Assembly: GCA_002811645.1 (NCBI GenBank)
Contig: PDIP01000054.1
Coordinates: 59,794-123,793 of the forward strand
Origin: Corallochytrium limacisporum Hawaii
Taxonomy: Eukaryota > Protista > Pluriformea
Length of the DNA stretch: 64,000 bases
Direction: 5' to 3'
Positions 52,809-63,424 of the stretch are shown here, one piece after another. Position 1 is the stretch's first letter. Each line of letters opens with the position of its first letter. The notes under the pieces are model-generated. The model ran no database searches. It was given only the letters and a program-made list of their open reading frames with translations, and was not told the origin of the DNA. The position numbers were made by a program, and so were the translations under genes.

Positions 52809-55003
52809 TCTTCCCGTGTCTAATGTCAAAAATGAACAGCTGCCCTCTATATATTACAAGAGTATAACCAATATGGCAATGTCAAACTGGGATTCATGAC
52901 AACATGATGTATGGGATTTAGTGACCAACTAGAATTTACAATTATTGCTCGCGCTAATTCACACACACGGTCTAGAACATAACCCGGTGCTCACTGTACT
53001 AACTTGAAATCTGATTGGTAGTCTGTGGCGGGTATTGGCAATGAAATACCCTTTGGTTGCGCCGGAGGTTCAGGGTGGATAGGAACCCCTGCCACATTAG
53101 TGTATAGGGAACTCACTGAGAATTTCAATAGAGAACCGGTGCCGAGGCGACGTTTTGCCTTTCATACTCAACACATAGCTCGTATGCTAGAGGTTTACCG
53201 TGTTCAAGCTTCGACCAGCCCTGTGACCCACTCTAGAGTGTCTGCGTGACCGAGTAGTTGTGCAGAAGGTAACTTGCATTGTTTGCTTTGGAACCCGAAA
53301 GGGCTGGTAGCGCAGCACACCCAATCACCTCTGTCCTCCCTCGCCAGCCACTCCCGAAAGCAAGCCACTGGTGCCTGGCACTTCGTCGCATCTCAATGAG
53401 TAATTGCCCCGGCATTTACGGCTCGGGCCACAGCTGAGATCAGAGTTCGTATTCGGTGTGCTTCCGAACTATTTCGTCCAAGTCAATGTATCGTAATTTG
53501 GTAGTAAATATATGATTCGTTTTCAGAAGAAACCAGATGAAATTTCCCTTCCGCAGCTGTATATCACGAGATTCTGTTGAGCTACGCGAGGGCATGGTAC
53601 GCTGTATTCCGCCCAGCACGGGTACACACAACTGGCCTTGGACTCAAAATCTGCGGGGCTTTCATTGAAGGACATACTCGGCGAAGAGCGTAGCACGATA
53701 CCACCGGTGGTATCTGCAATTGCGGGCAAGGGGCGTAAAATCACGTTCTTCGCTTGGTAAGTGCATTGACACACCCACCATCACGGATATAACGCTGCTC
53801 GCGCTTTACCCCACCCCAGTGCAATGGGAATCTCTCAGAGTGGCCCATGTGAAAAAGCCAATATTCTCTGAATCTCCGCTCTTACAAGTTGCAGCCCACA
53901 GGTCGCAACGGATTTGTATATACTGCCGCCCGGCGCCGGGCGAGTGGTTCCGGTACGCAACTAACGGTGAGGCAAGAGGATCCCCTATGGAGAGAGTAGT
54001 GGTCCATAGATTCTGTGCTCGCACTAGACGAGTACATTCATATTGGCCTCTCTCTGGGTAGCACGTCCTGGGTGATAGTGATCATCTTCGCCTGCACCCC
54101 CGTCCCAAAACACAAAGCCATCTATATATCGTACACGGCAGACAAGTAATAGGGCGAGTGTATTACCGGTTCTATGCCGTTTTGCCGCAGTAATTCATAT
54201 TGAAAGTACGTCTGGGTTTCCTTCCGGTCTACCACCCGCTACCAGTTCCCCACAGCCGGCCGGGTCCTTACGAAATGCGGCAACCAGGCCACAGAAACGG
54301 ATCCACTCAGTTCGGCTGCAAATATCCCGCCCCCCCCCCCGCCCCCCCTTCCCCTTCACCCTTTAGGTCTGCGCTACAGTTCGTTGTGTTTGGCGATGGC
54401 GATGTGAGTCACGAACAGTACCGCACCCAACCTAGCTACCCACCTTTGGTGGGAGCGAAGAAGCGGGCGGTGCCGGGAAATCAGGGGCCTATTTACTACA
54501 AAACATTGCCTGCCAAAGCAAAAACGACTATTTCTCACCGTCGGTGTCCTGCACCGCTCAATCCGTGCATTCCTCGTTTGAATTTCTTGTTTCCCCCGAA
54601 GCAGTCTGGTGTGTGGCAATAGTCAAACCAGTTTAGCGGGAACGGCAATGAGAACCGGGGTTATGCGGGCCGGTACTGAGTGTGCTGCGCACTTCCACTT
54701 AGTGGACACAAAGAATTACAATTTTTCCATACATTCTGTACCATTGGTGTCGTTTCTTGGACCAACAGGAACTGGAAGATGGGATCCCTACGCGGACACC
54801 ACGGGCAACAGGGACTTCGGCCACTTGTGCGCAGGTCAAGGGGGGCGGCTTAGGGGACAACTGCCAACTTCTTGTCTGACAGTTAGCGGGCCTATATGGC
54901 ACATCTTTGTGTCCTGCCGTAGCCATCCCATTGGCCACCCGGAGTCATCAACGGAAAGTAACCTAAGCCAAGGTGTTTCAGGAAAAGAGGATCCCTTGAG
55001 TAA

Positions 55004-55560
55004 ATGGAAGAATATCAGGAACGGGGTCAATGCTTGCAGAGATCGAAACGTAAGAAACTTTCGAGAGGTGTGCCAATACCATGTTCAACTAATGTCCCGG
55101 CACAACAGAAGCATCGGACGACGATGGAGGCTCCTCAGCTGCCAGGAGTAGTCAACAGCGATGTGGAGGACACCACCGCCCTGCCGGGCGAGACTTGCAT
55201 CCGAGATGACGATGGTGAGACCTCGAGAAAACATCTTCGATACTACAACCTCGGGCCCGACGGAATGATTCAAACAGCCTCTCACGAAGCTCTGCGTGAT
55301 GGTGACCTTTTGGAGTTTGATGATGCATGCCGAGCCAATGTTGAAAAGCAACTATCCTTCCACTTACTTGAGCAGGTCGAACTCAAGCAAAAGCATGCCA
55401 GAGCCGAGGAAGAGCTGGATCTCTAATATCTTGAAGCCCTCCTCGCGTTGGACACACACCGCGCCCGGTTGGAATGAATACTTAAGGATCGTCAGTGAGC
55501 GTCATACCAAGAAAAAGCCTTGGGCAACAGAGCCAACAAGTGGTACTATGCAATATTAGG
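55004..55560 (+). pseudogene. Probable degraded gene (coiled-coil-like), three in-frame stops
   Basis: Protein-like sequence continues in frame through TAA 55424, TGA 55475 and TGA 55496: AEEELDL*YLEALLALDTHRARLE*ILKDRQ*ASYQEK. Confidence 0.5.
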
Positions 55561-55873
55561 CTCGCATGTGCCCATAGGATCCAGTTGTGCGCAAAACACA
55601 TTTCCGTTCCTCCCTCCACTCACCCGCCCCCCCCCCCGGGGGGCGGGGGCGGGGTCGCTTTGTTTGTTGCGTAACATGTTTGGTACGTCTGATAGAGTGT
55701 GTGGGGCAATACTCAGCCAGGACTCCCCTCAAATTCTCCCCGTGGATTGCAGTGGCAAGGGAACTGGTGGCCGCAGCTATATGTGGTAAAGGGTAAATAC
55801 CACAAACGAGAGAAACCAGAATCACAAGGCACAATCGATGTGGTGCTCCATTTGAAATGGGAAAAGTTCCGAG

Positions 55874-56560
55874 ATGACAAGGCCCGTGCTTCTCTTCGAT
55901 GTCTACGGCACGTTGATTAATACTCATGGCTTGCTCACAACTCTACAGTCATGGTTGGGTGAAGAGGCGGGAAAATCTTTCTCATTGGCCATGCGACGGT
56001 ATCAGCTAGAGTATAGCTGGCGCAGATCGTTAATGGGTCGGTACGAGGACTTTCCAAAAGTGACAAAACACGCAATACTTCACGCCAACAATGAATTACA
56101 AGCGGGTCTGTCAACAGATCAGATTCAGCAGCTTGTCGCTGGCTACGCCACCTTGCCAGCATTTGAAGATTCCTTAGGAGGTCTGAAAATGATAACAGAT
56201 GCAGGTTTCCAATGCTACGCCTTTTCCAATGGAACCCAAGCAGCACTGGAGAAAATCCTGTCCCACGCCAACGTTCGGCAGTATCTCATCGATGTCATCT
56301 CATGTGACGAGATCAAACGGTACAAACCTGATCCTGTGACCTATCAGCATGCATGTAGGCGGGTGGGCATGAAAATGTCGCAGACTTGGCTGATCAGCTG
56401 TAATAATTTTGACGTACTTGGGGCCATGAACTCAGGACTAAGTAGCGCGTGGATCCGACGCGACCCAAGTGCGGTGATGGATCCATGGGACATGGAACCA
56501 ACTTACACCGCACGGGACCTGAGAGATTTCGCCAACCATTTGATCTCAGATCATCAATAA
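55874..56560 (+). CDS. Haloacid dehalogenase type II (L-2-haloacid dehalogenase-like)
   Basis: FDVYGTL (nucleophile Asp), QLEYSW, FSNGT, YKPDPVTY, LISCNNFDVLGA and DPWDMEPT. Confidence 0.92.
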   Translation: MTRPVLLFDVYGTLINTHGLLTTLQSWLGEEAGKSFSLAMRRYQLEYSWRRSLMGRYEDFPKVTKHAILHANNELQAGLSTDQIQQLVAGYATLPAFEDSLGGLKMITDAGFQCYAFSNGTQAALEKILSHANVRQYLIDVISCDEIKRYKPDPVTYQHACRRVGMKMSQTWLISCNNFDVLGAMNSGLSSAWIRRDPSAVMDPWDMEPTYTARDLRDFANHLISDHQ

Positions 56561-56762
56561 TTTAAGAAATGTATAAACACATTTTATCAACAGTGCGGAT
56601 ACTGCATATATATCGTTTGCGGGATTTCTCTAAGCAATGAGGCCTTATCCGTCCCAACGCGCACAGTTTGCCTCCCGCTCTAGATCGACTGAAGCACGTA
56701 CGGAAGGGGCTATCGCTATCCGTACGAGCTGAAAGCGTAACTTGGGGAGCACGTGCCACTGG

Positions 56763-56772
56763 GGTATTTAAG
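56763..56772 (+). promoter_or_regulatory. TATA-like GGTATTTAAG upstream of EcKinase-like gene
   Basis: Same 10-mer about 86 nt before the ATG. Confidence 0.45.
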
Positions 56773-56857
56773 AAGAAGTGATAAAGAAGGCTCTTTTTGC
56801 GAATAAAGTCACAATCGACCTGATCTGAATTATCATGAACCGAGTACACGTGAGAGA

Positions 56858-58153
56858 ATGGATTGGTCACGGGTCGATGTTCATTCCCTAGTGGAGAAAG
56901 TGGCGAAGATATTGGACCCACAAGCTACCGATAACTCTCTGTCTTCGCAGTTAACCGCGTCAGACCCAGCGAAACATGGGTCGCATTCACTGTCTTATAC
57001 TCTTCATTTAACATATAGTACAAAACGTGGCCAAAAAATTACCTACGATCTCTTCGGAAAGTATACGGACAGCAGGGAGCTCTTTTCCCAGGTGGCAAGC
57101 GTTGTGGACAATGAGTATGCACGCGTGCGGATTGAAAGAGCTCTCAAGTCATACTTGAATGAGGTCAGATTCTTGAATTTTTTACTGCACGGTACTCCAC
57201 AGACAAGTGATGTGCTTCCTAAAGTAATCGATGTAACAGACCCGGACGAAATAACTACCGAACACCCGAGCTATGTCTCAATCCTCGAATACTATGATCC
57301 AAAACGGTTCAGTCACAAACTGGTACTCAATGAGATGGACGTGAAGAGATGTTGTAAAGCTCTGTCACAAATGCATGCAATTGATTTCAGTGCTGAGGTA
57401 GACCACGGAGAGGAATCACTCTGGCATCGCAGTACCTATTGGTCCCTCGACAAGAGGCGAATGGAATGTGAGAACTTGGCCACAGAATGGACGGACTTTG
57501 TGAACAGGAACAGCGAGAATTTGTCGGAGGTGTCCACAAAGACAGAGTTGCTGTCCCTAGGCCAATGGGTATATGCTAATGCAGGTGCCTGGGACGCAGA
57601 GATCAACGAACGTATCGTTTCAGGACCAAAATGGCGGACCAGTGGCCATGTCCACGGGGACTTCAAGACTGCCAATTTGCTTTGGGGAACAGCTGCTGGT
57701 GATGATGCCAGCTTGCCGCGAATCATTGATTTCCAATGGACGGGTCGTGGACTCGTGGCCCAAGACCTTATGCATATGATGTTTACCTCTGCAGAGGTGG
57801 ATCTGCTGGAGGAGGACGGTTTGGATATAGCTTTGACGGAGTACATGCGCTCGACTCTAGAATCATCCTGCATAGATGATCAGAGCCTTGGTCAACTTAG
57901 AAATGACTTCCAACTGGTGTTCTTAGACTATTTCCGTTACCTCATATCATCCAATGCTTGGCGAGGACTGACTCCGGCCGTTACTGGCTCCAACACAAAC
58001 AAGATCAATCTGGGCATCCATAAACGCTCCTGGGCACATCTCCGCCGAACGATTCAATATGCGTGCACACTTTGGCGGTGTCGAACGACACATGCTAATT
58101 TACGCAACACAGAGGCTCCACTAAACTCTCATGGGGAAGATTGGAAGAGATGA
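56858..58153 (+). CDS. EcKinase/choline-aminoglycoside phosphotransferase-like small-molecule kinase
   Basis: SYLNEVRFL, LSQMHA, HGDFKTANLL and IIDFQWTGRG...QDL. Confidence 0.85.
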   Translation: MDWSRVDVHSLVEKVAKILDPQATDNSLSSQLTASDPAKHGSHSLSYTLHLTYSTKRGQKITYDLFGKYTDSRELFSQVASVVDNEYARVRIERALKSYLNEVRFLNFLLHGTPQTSDVLPKVIDVTDPDEITTEHPSYVSILEYYDPKRFSHKLVLNEMDVKRCCKALSQMHAIDFSAEVDHGEESLWHRSTYWSLDKRRMECENLATEWTDFVNRNSENLSEVSTKTELLSLGQWVYANAGAWDAEINERIVSGPKWRTSGHVHGDFKTANLLWGTAAGDDASLPRIIDFQWTGRGLVAQDLMHMMFTSAEVDLLEEDGLDIALTEYMRSTLESSCIDDQSLGQLRNDFQLVFLDYFRYLISSNAWRGLTPAVTGSNTNKINLGIHKRSWAHLRRTIQYACTLWRCRTTHANLRNTEAPLNSHGEDWKR

Positions 58154-58230
58154 AAGAAAGAGGTCAGGAAATGAACAAATAGAGACAAACTCGAAGTGAA
58201 TTGCACAGAATTTATGGCTGTAGAACATAT

Positions 58231-58740
58231 TCACATATGCCTCGGCCATGATCTTCTTAAATGCTTCTTCGGTGGTATGTCCAAATATTTTTCGTACTCC
58301 GGAAAGTTGAGCAAGTCCAACTGACCGGGACTGCGGTGGTCAGAGGTCGGAAGGAGGTAGGCAATCACGCCAGTAATCGCGGCACTGACCAGAAAATAGA
58401 ACTGACCAATGTAACCTAAGTCACTCATTGCACCCCCGAGCCAGTTGGAGAGAATCATGACACAGGCACCACCATTGCTAACTATGCCGACATATATTGT
58501 TTGTGTGGGTCTGACACCACTGCGAACATCTCCTAGACCCTTGTAGTATCCCACACACAAAGCCAAGTATGCCACACCAAGTAGCTTGGTAAAAATGCTC
58601 GGTTCCGGCAATCCTAAGATTGAGTGCACGAACGCAGGCAGCGGCAGAATGAGAGGAATACTCCACGCCACCATGGTGGCCACGATTTTTACCTGCAGGA
58701 CATCTTCAAGAGAAACTCCCGAAGAATACTGATCAGACAT
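58231..58740 (-). CDS. Small 4-TM membrane protein resembling bacterial hypothetical proteins
   Basis: Four hydrophobic segments, with KIVATMVAWSIPL, LLGVAYLALCVGY and VGIVSNGGAC. Convergent with the kinase. Confidence 0.75.
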   Translation of the reverse strand: MSDQYSSGVSLEDVLQVKIVATMVAWSIPLILPLPAFVHSILGLPEPSIFTKLLGVAYLALCVGYYKGLGDVRSGVRPTQTIYVGIVSNGGACVMILSNWLGGAMSDLGYIGQFYFLVSAAITGVIAYLLPTSDHRSPGQLDLLNFPEYEKYLDIPPKKHLRRSWPRHM

Positions 58741-60688
58741 ATTTCAACTTGAATTGACGGTCCACTGCGGTACCTATGCACATAGGTACACCCTCACGGA
58801 ATCAGCGTATACAACGATACGATACTGGTAGACAAAGGGTACTTCAAATCTAGAGCCATGATGGCAAAAATTAGGCATGTCCTTGTATATCCATATAGCT
58901 AGAACGTAGTTCTAAAGACGATTCTATTGGATCAAACAAGCGAATGGGACCGCGTCGTACAGTCGTCACAGAACCTTTCCCCCAAACCGTGGTCCACTTA
59001 AAAGACTCTGGTTATATAGTGTCACTGAGGATGACTCAACTTTATCACCTGAGCTCCCCAACAGGCGCCGGAGAGATCCGAGGACTTTGGGTGCGAGTTT
59101 GGGCGCGCGCCGATTTCGCGCATCTGCGCTGGTAATTATACGAAGCGCAGGGGCAGCAGTATGGAAACTGTCACCGGCCACATCCACAATGAAACAAAAG
59201 AGAACCGGAGGTGGGCGAGAGAAATACAGGAAATGAGATGGTAAGAATTTATGGAAGAAAATCATATCGTGATTCTCCTGCTCAATAGTTGATCTTGACC
59301 CTGGACTTTTATTTTGGACTATTGAATGAGTTGGGTGCGCTACATCACAACATTCATATTTCCCCAAAGGCATGGACAAGGAATGTACAAAAAAAGGTAA
59401 GGCAAGCCAATTCACATCAAATCAAATCCCCACGCCCGCAGTAGTTCGTATGCAACATATGGCGTAGACGTGATCCAAATACGGTAAGAAGGATGTCCGC
59501 CGAGTCCTTCTTGCTTTGGGGATGTTGGCTCCATTTTGAGCCAATGGACATGTTCATATCTTTCATGGGTGTCTGTCCTGCGTTCCAGGGATCCATAGTT
59601 TCCAATCGACAGTCACTCGTGTCACGCCCATGCCAATCCTTACCTAGCTGTCGTGGTTCAACGACCATACTTGAGATCGTGTACAATCAGAGCAGCGAAA
59701 ACCACACATTCAATTGGGATCGTCAGAGCTTATGTGCGATGAATAGGACTATTTTCTTAGTATGTTTTAAGTGGTTCTGGACAAGAGTTAGGTGCTGTTT
59801 CAATCTTGGCGCGGAGAAATTGTCCATCCAAACCGAATCCGCCCTCACAACCAATACCTTAAACTCTATTGCAGAGCGGAAATTGATAGCCGGTCCACGA
59901 TAATTGTCCGCAGATAAATGTTGGTCGCGCCACCAGACCGTAGCAACCTGGAGGGAGGTGTATACTTCGATGCTTGTTCATAACTGCCCGCACCCATCAA
60001 TAGCGAAATACCCATTGGGGATTGTGAGCACACTTGAAGGAAGACAACAAACCGTTGGGAGACGGTTCATGCCGTATCATCGCTAAACTGAAACCAAGCA
60101 AGATGTTTCCGATGAGTTTCCACGCATATCATTCACAAATCACTTACGTTGAACATCATCTACCTTTATATGGGACTCGGTTGGGCTTGAGCAGACTTTG
60201 TTTGCCTCATTTCATCTGTTCTGGTAGTTATGCGCCTGTTGATGTTGAAATAGATTGAGTGAACCAGAAGTCGTTACACAGCTAAATTAAGAACAAGGTC
60301 AATTGGCCATCATGTAACATCCAGAACACTGTGGTCGAAGCCAGATATTTACCCTTGTGAGAACGACATAAAGTTTCGATTGGCCTACCGTTATTGGCAA
60401 TTGAATTGGGTCTGGCTACAGTCCGTGCCCGATTGTTGTGTCCACTATTCGTTGGCAATACCCAGCGCTGAGCCCCTTATACAAACCGACACTCTACTTC
60501 CAATGCTTTAGAATCAGCAAGTCAAACAAAAAAAGAACCAAGTATCAAGAGGACCTAAGAAGGATAGGAAGCAAGGACAAAAAGACACCTACCAAATCGC
60601 ATAGCGCCTCATGGCAGGGTCCGGTCGGGTTTCCAGTCATACAACACAGCAGATATAGTTGAGAGGATGCCAGTACATAGCACAAGAA

Positions 60689-60698
60689 GGTATTTAAG
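60689..60698 (+). promoter_or_regulatory. TATA-like GGTATTTAAG upstream of Cys-rich paralog A
   Basis: Identical 10-mer about 124 nt before the ATG; also present at 63296 and 56763. Confidence 0.55.
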
Positions 60699-60821
60699 GA
60701 GCAGAGTGTTGATGGATAACAGATCACTCACACTGCTCTAGTCATATTGAACTCTACCATAGCCTAGTGCTTTTCGACACTACTGTAGCCCAAAAAATCA
60801 TCAACCTGACCATTATTCAAC

Positions 60822-61226
60822 ATGATGCCAATCGGTCTTGCAGTCCTTGCTGTCACCATTGGAGTGACAACTGTATCTCCAGTTGGATGTGTACCTAACC
60901 AGCCTTGTACCATCTCGTCCGAGTGCTGTAATGACAATGAAACATGCACTAAGGATCCTGAAGGGGAAGGCTTTGTCTGCTGGTTCATTCCCCACGGCTG
61001 GAAGCGTATCAACGGCGCATGCGGAAATAACTCCCAGTGCGCTTCAGGTAACTGTCAGAATGGCTACTGCGCACCACTTGACAACATGAAGGCCGATGGT
61101 GAGGAATGTAATTTTGACTTCGATTGCCGAGGAGGTTGGTGTTCACTTGATGTCGATTCCGACCAGGGATACTGCACGGACCGATGCCTTTCTGCCGATC
61201 CTCCCAAGTGGAAGAGCTGTCATTAG
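60822..61226 (+). CDS. Small secreted cysteine-rich protein, paralog A
   Basis: Hydrophobic N-terminus, three Cys modules and the C-terminus DRCLSADPPKWKSC. Clearly similar to 63425-63847. Confidence 0.85.
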   Translation: MMPIGLAVLAVTIGVTTVSPVGCVPNQPCTISSECCNDNETCTKDPEGEGFVCWFIPHGWKRINGACGNNSQCASGNCQNGYCAPLDNMKADGEECNFDFDCRGGWCSLDVDSDQGYCTDRCLSADPPKWKSCH

Positions 61227-63295
61227 GGAATCGGGGAGAAGGCACTAAGTGCCTAAGGCCAGAAAGAACTCTTGAGAGCGTGATGTAAAGTAGGCACCGG
61301 GTATTGTCTCAGGTGCAAGTACTTGTGCGGTGTCCACTACCACCGATACACTGTGGCAGATCACAGTAGGTAAAAAAAGCACCGCAATTAAAGATTACCA
61401 TGCTCTAATGTATAGATCAACATCAAATTCTGGCATTTCTCAGATTCGCAGCAATATTGATGTATATCACAGGGAACGATAGAGACTGCTCTGTAGCTTC
61501 ACGGTGCTGGGAAGTCGGGAATTTCGCATTGAATCTCTTCCTCGCTAAGTACGGCGGTCAAAATGCCCGGCACTTGCTTGTATGGCATCAGTACCTCGCT
61601 ACGATGTCGCTGGGCCGAGGGAGGCACACCGGAGTGTCTCAGGCCCGGCGGTGGACAAATTGTAAGGGAGTTCAGGAGCCTAGGAATACAGAAATGTTAA
61701 GTTAGAGTAATCATGGACAACGGCCAACACAGAGGGGCTTATGTTCTGTTGCGCATCGAAATGCTCGTCCCACTCATTAACCATTCTCATCCGTTCGAAC
61801 AATATGGTAGTGTGCTGCGAATTTGACACCTGTCAGAAATTTATTCTTCCACCACCAGTGTAGAGCTGCAAGGGTTACATCACCACCATGATGAGCGTTT
61901 CAAGCCTGAAAGTTTGAGGCTCTGGTTAAGATATACCGTGGTACTCCACAAATCCTGGACGTTGTCCGCCAAATATTTGTGCAGAGGGCGCTTGCAGACA
62001 TCACCATTAATTGCTGCCAAGTATGCTACCAGACACCTGGATGTGGTGCGTTGCTGGCATAGGTCTACGTATAGCCGGGTGTATCCGACAAACAATAATT
62101 TTCAGTGGCGGAATACACGGCGGACCCCAGCTCCGTATTTTTTTAACCGACGGTCGGGCTGGAAAGCCGGCGACAAAAGATATAGGATTGCCCCGACCCC
62201 TGTACAATATACCAGAGAGTCGTCGCATCGTCAACTGGTAGCGAGACCACAGACTAGTACTCTTTCGGAGACAACCCGTTGTCTGACAACTGCAGTCCAA
62301 ATATTCCTCTATAACAACTGCATTTGAATATATTTACCACATACCAACATACAGTTATTGCCACTGGGCGTAACAAAAAATCAATGCACTTTGCGGTTTA
62401 GGTCTCACCACTCTTGAGGAGGGGGTTTTTCCAAGGCGCCGGATTCCCGAAGGTAACGGGTGTGGGCTAGTACTGGAGGTGAGCACGGTCTAATATACTG
62501 ACGCGAAGCCAAATTACAGCGACTAAAGGGAGTGAGAGATGTATAGGAATCTTAGACATGAGCCAACTATTGTGTGGCTTCTACGATTCATAATTCTATC
62601 GGAAAATTGCAAACAGTTTCGCCACTCTGTGGTATTGTCTGGTGCCATACAAGTGTTGAACAATGCATCAAAAACGCGTTCAAGATCTCGGCCGCTGTTT
62701 TAGTCATTTAACACTATCCCCATTCAGTGTTTGGTCTGATGGATCACTAGGGTTGCATCTATGACCAGCATACTGCTGTAGGAAGTCCTGGATCCGAAAC
62801 CAAAGCCGTCTTCACGATACGCCAAATTAAGCCCATCATTGGTGTCGAAGGCAGTATAGAAGTGTGATGGTGTGTCGTGGGAGTGGTTGCCCTAAGTGTG
62901 CAGTCAGATCTGAGGTCATCGACAGATTCTTACTCAGGTTGCTAGTACAACCTCTACCTACTAGGTACCACCGGTACATAGAATTCGAAAATGTGATAAC
63001 AATACATTTTACATCGCAAATGTGCGGTCACGAACCTTAAAAGGTTAAAACAGGGTGTTTGGAAGGAAAACTATCTCGCCACTGTAGGGCTTCCATTGCT
63101 ATGTCAGTAGAGCGGGATGCACAGGGAATATTCAATACAGTACAGTACCGGCGGGCGTCATTAAACATGGTAAGTCTACAGTGGAAATCTAAGTCTATTG
63201 AACGATGCCGCATAATGTATAGGTGTAAAGTGATATACCACATCACCATGTAAGATGATGACAATCCAGTGGTCCAATTAACCTGGGACACGAAA

Positions 63296-63305
63296 GGTAT
63301 TTAAG
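63296..63305 (+). promoter_or_regulatory. TATA-like GGTATTTAAG upstream of Cys-rich paralog B
   Basis: Identical 10-mer about 120 nt before the ATG, nearly the same spacing as in paralog A. Confidence 0.55.
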
Positions 63306-63424
63306 TGGTCCGTTTCAAACCGATCGAGGATCCATCCAATATGACGTACCATTCACGACCACTTCAACACAATTGAATTGGAACTAAGAATCCCTACTTT
63401 CACCCTACTCCCTTCTTGTTCAAA

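Noticed and set aside
55424-55498. Alternative genetic code or stop read-through
   Set aside because: TAA, TAG and TGA all terminate conserved genes in this window at the expected positions.
58966-59903. ORFs of 89-149 aa between the 4-TM gene and Cys-rich paralog A
   Set aside because: No recognisable motifs, mostly non-ATG starts, and overlap on both strands.
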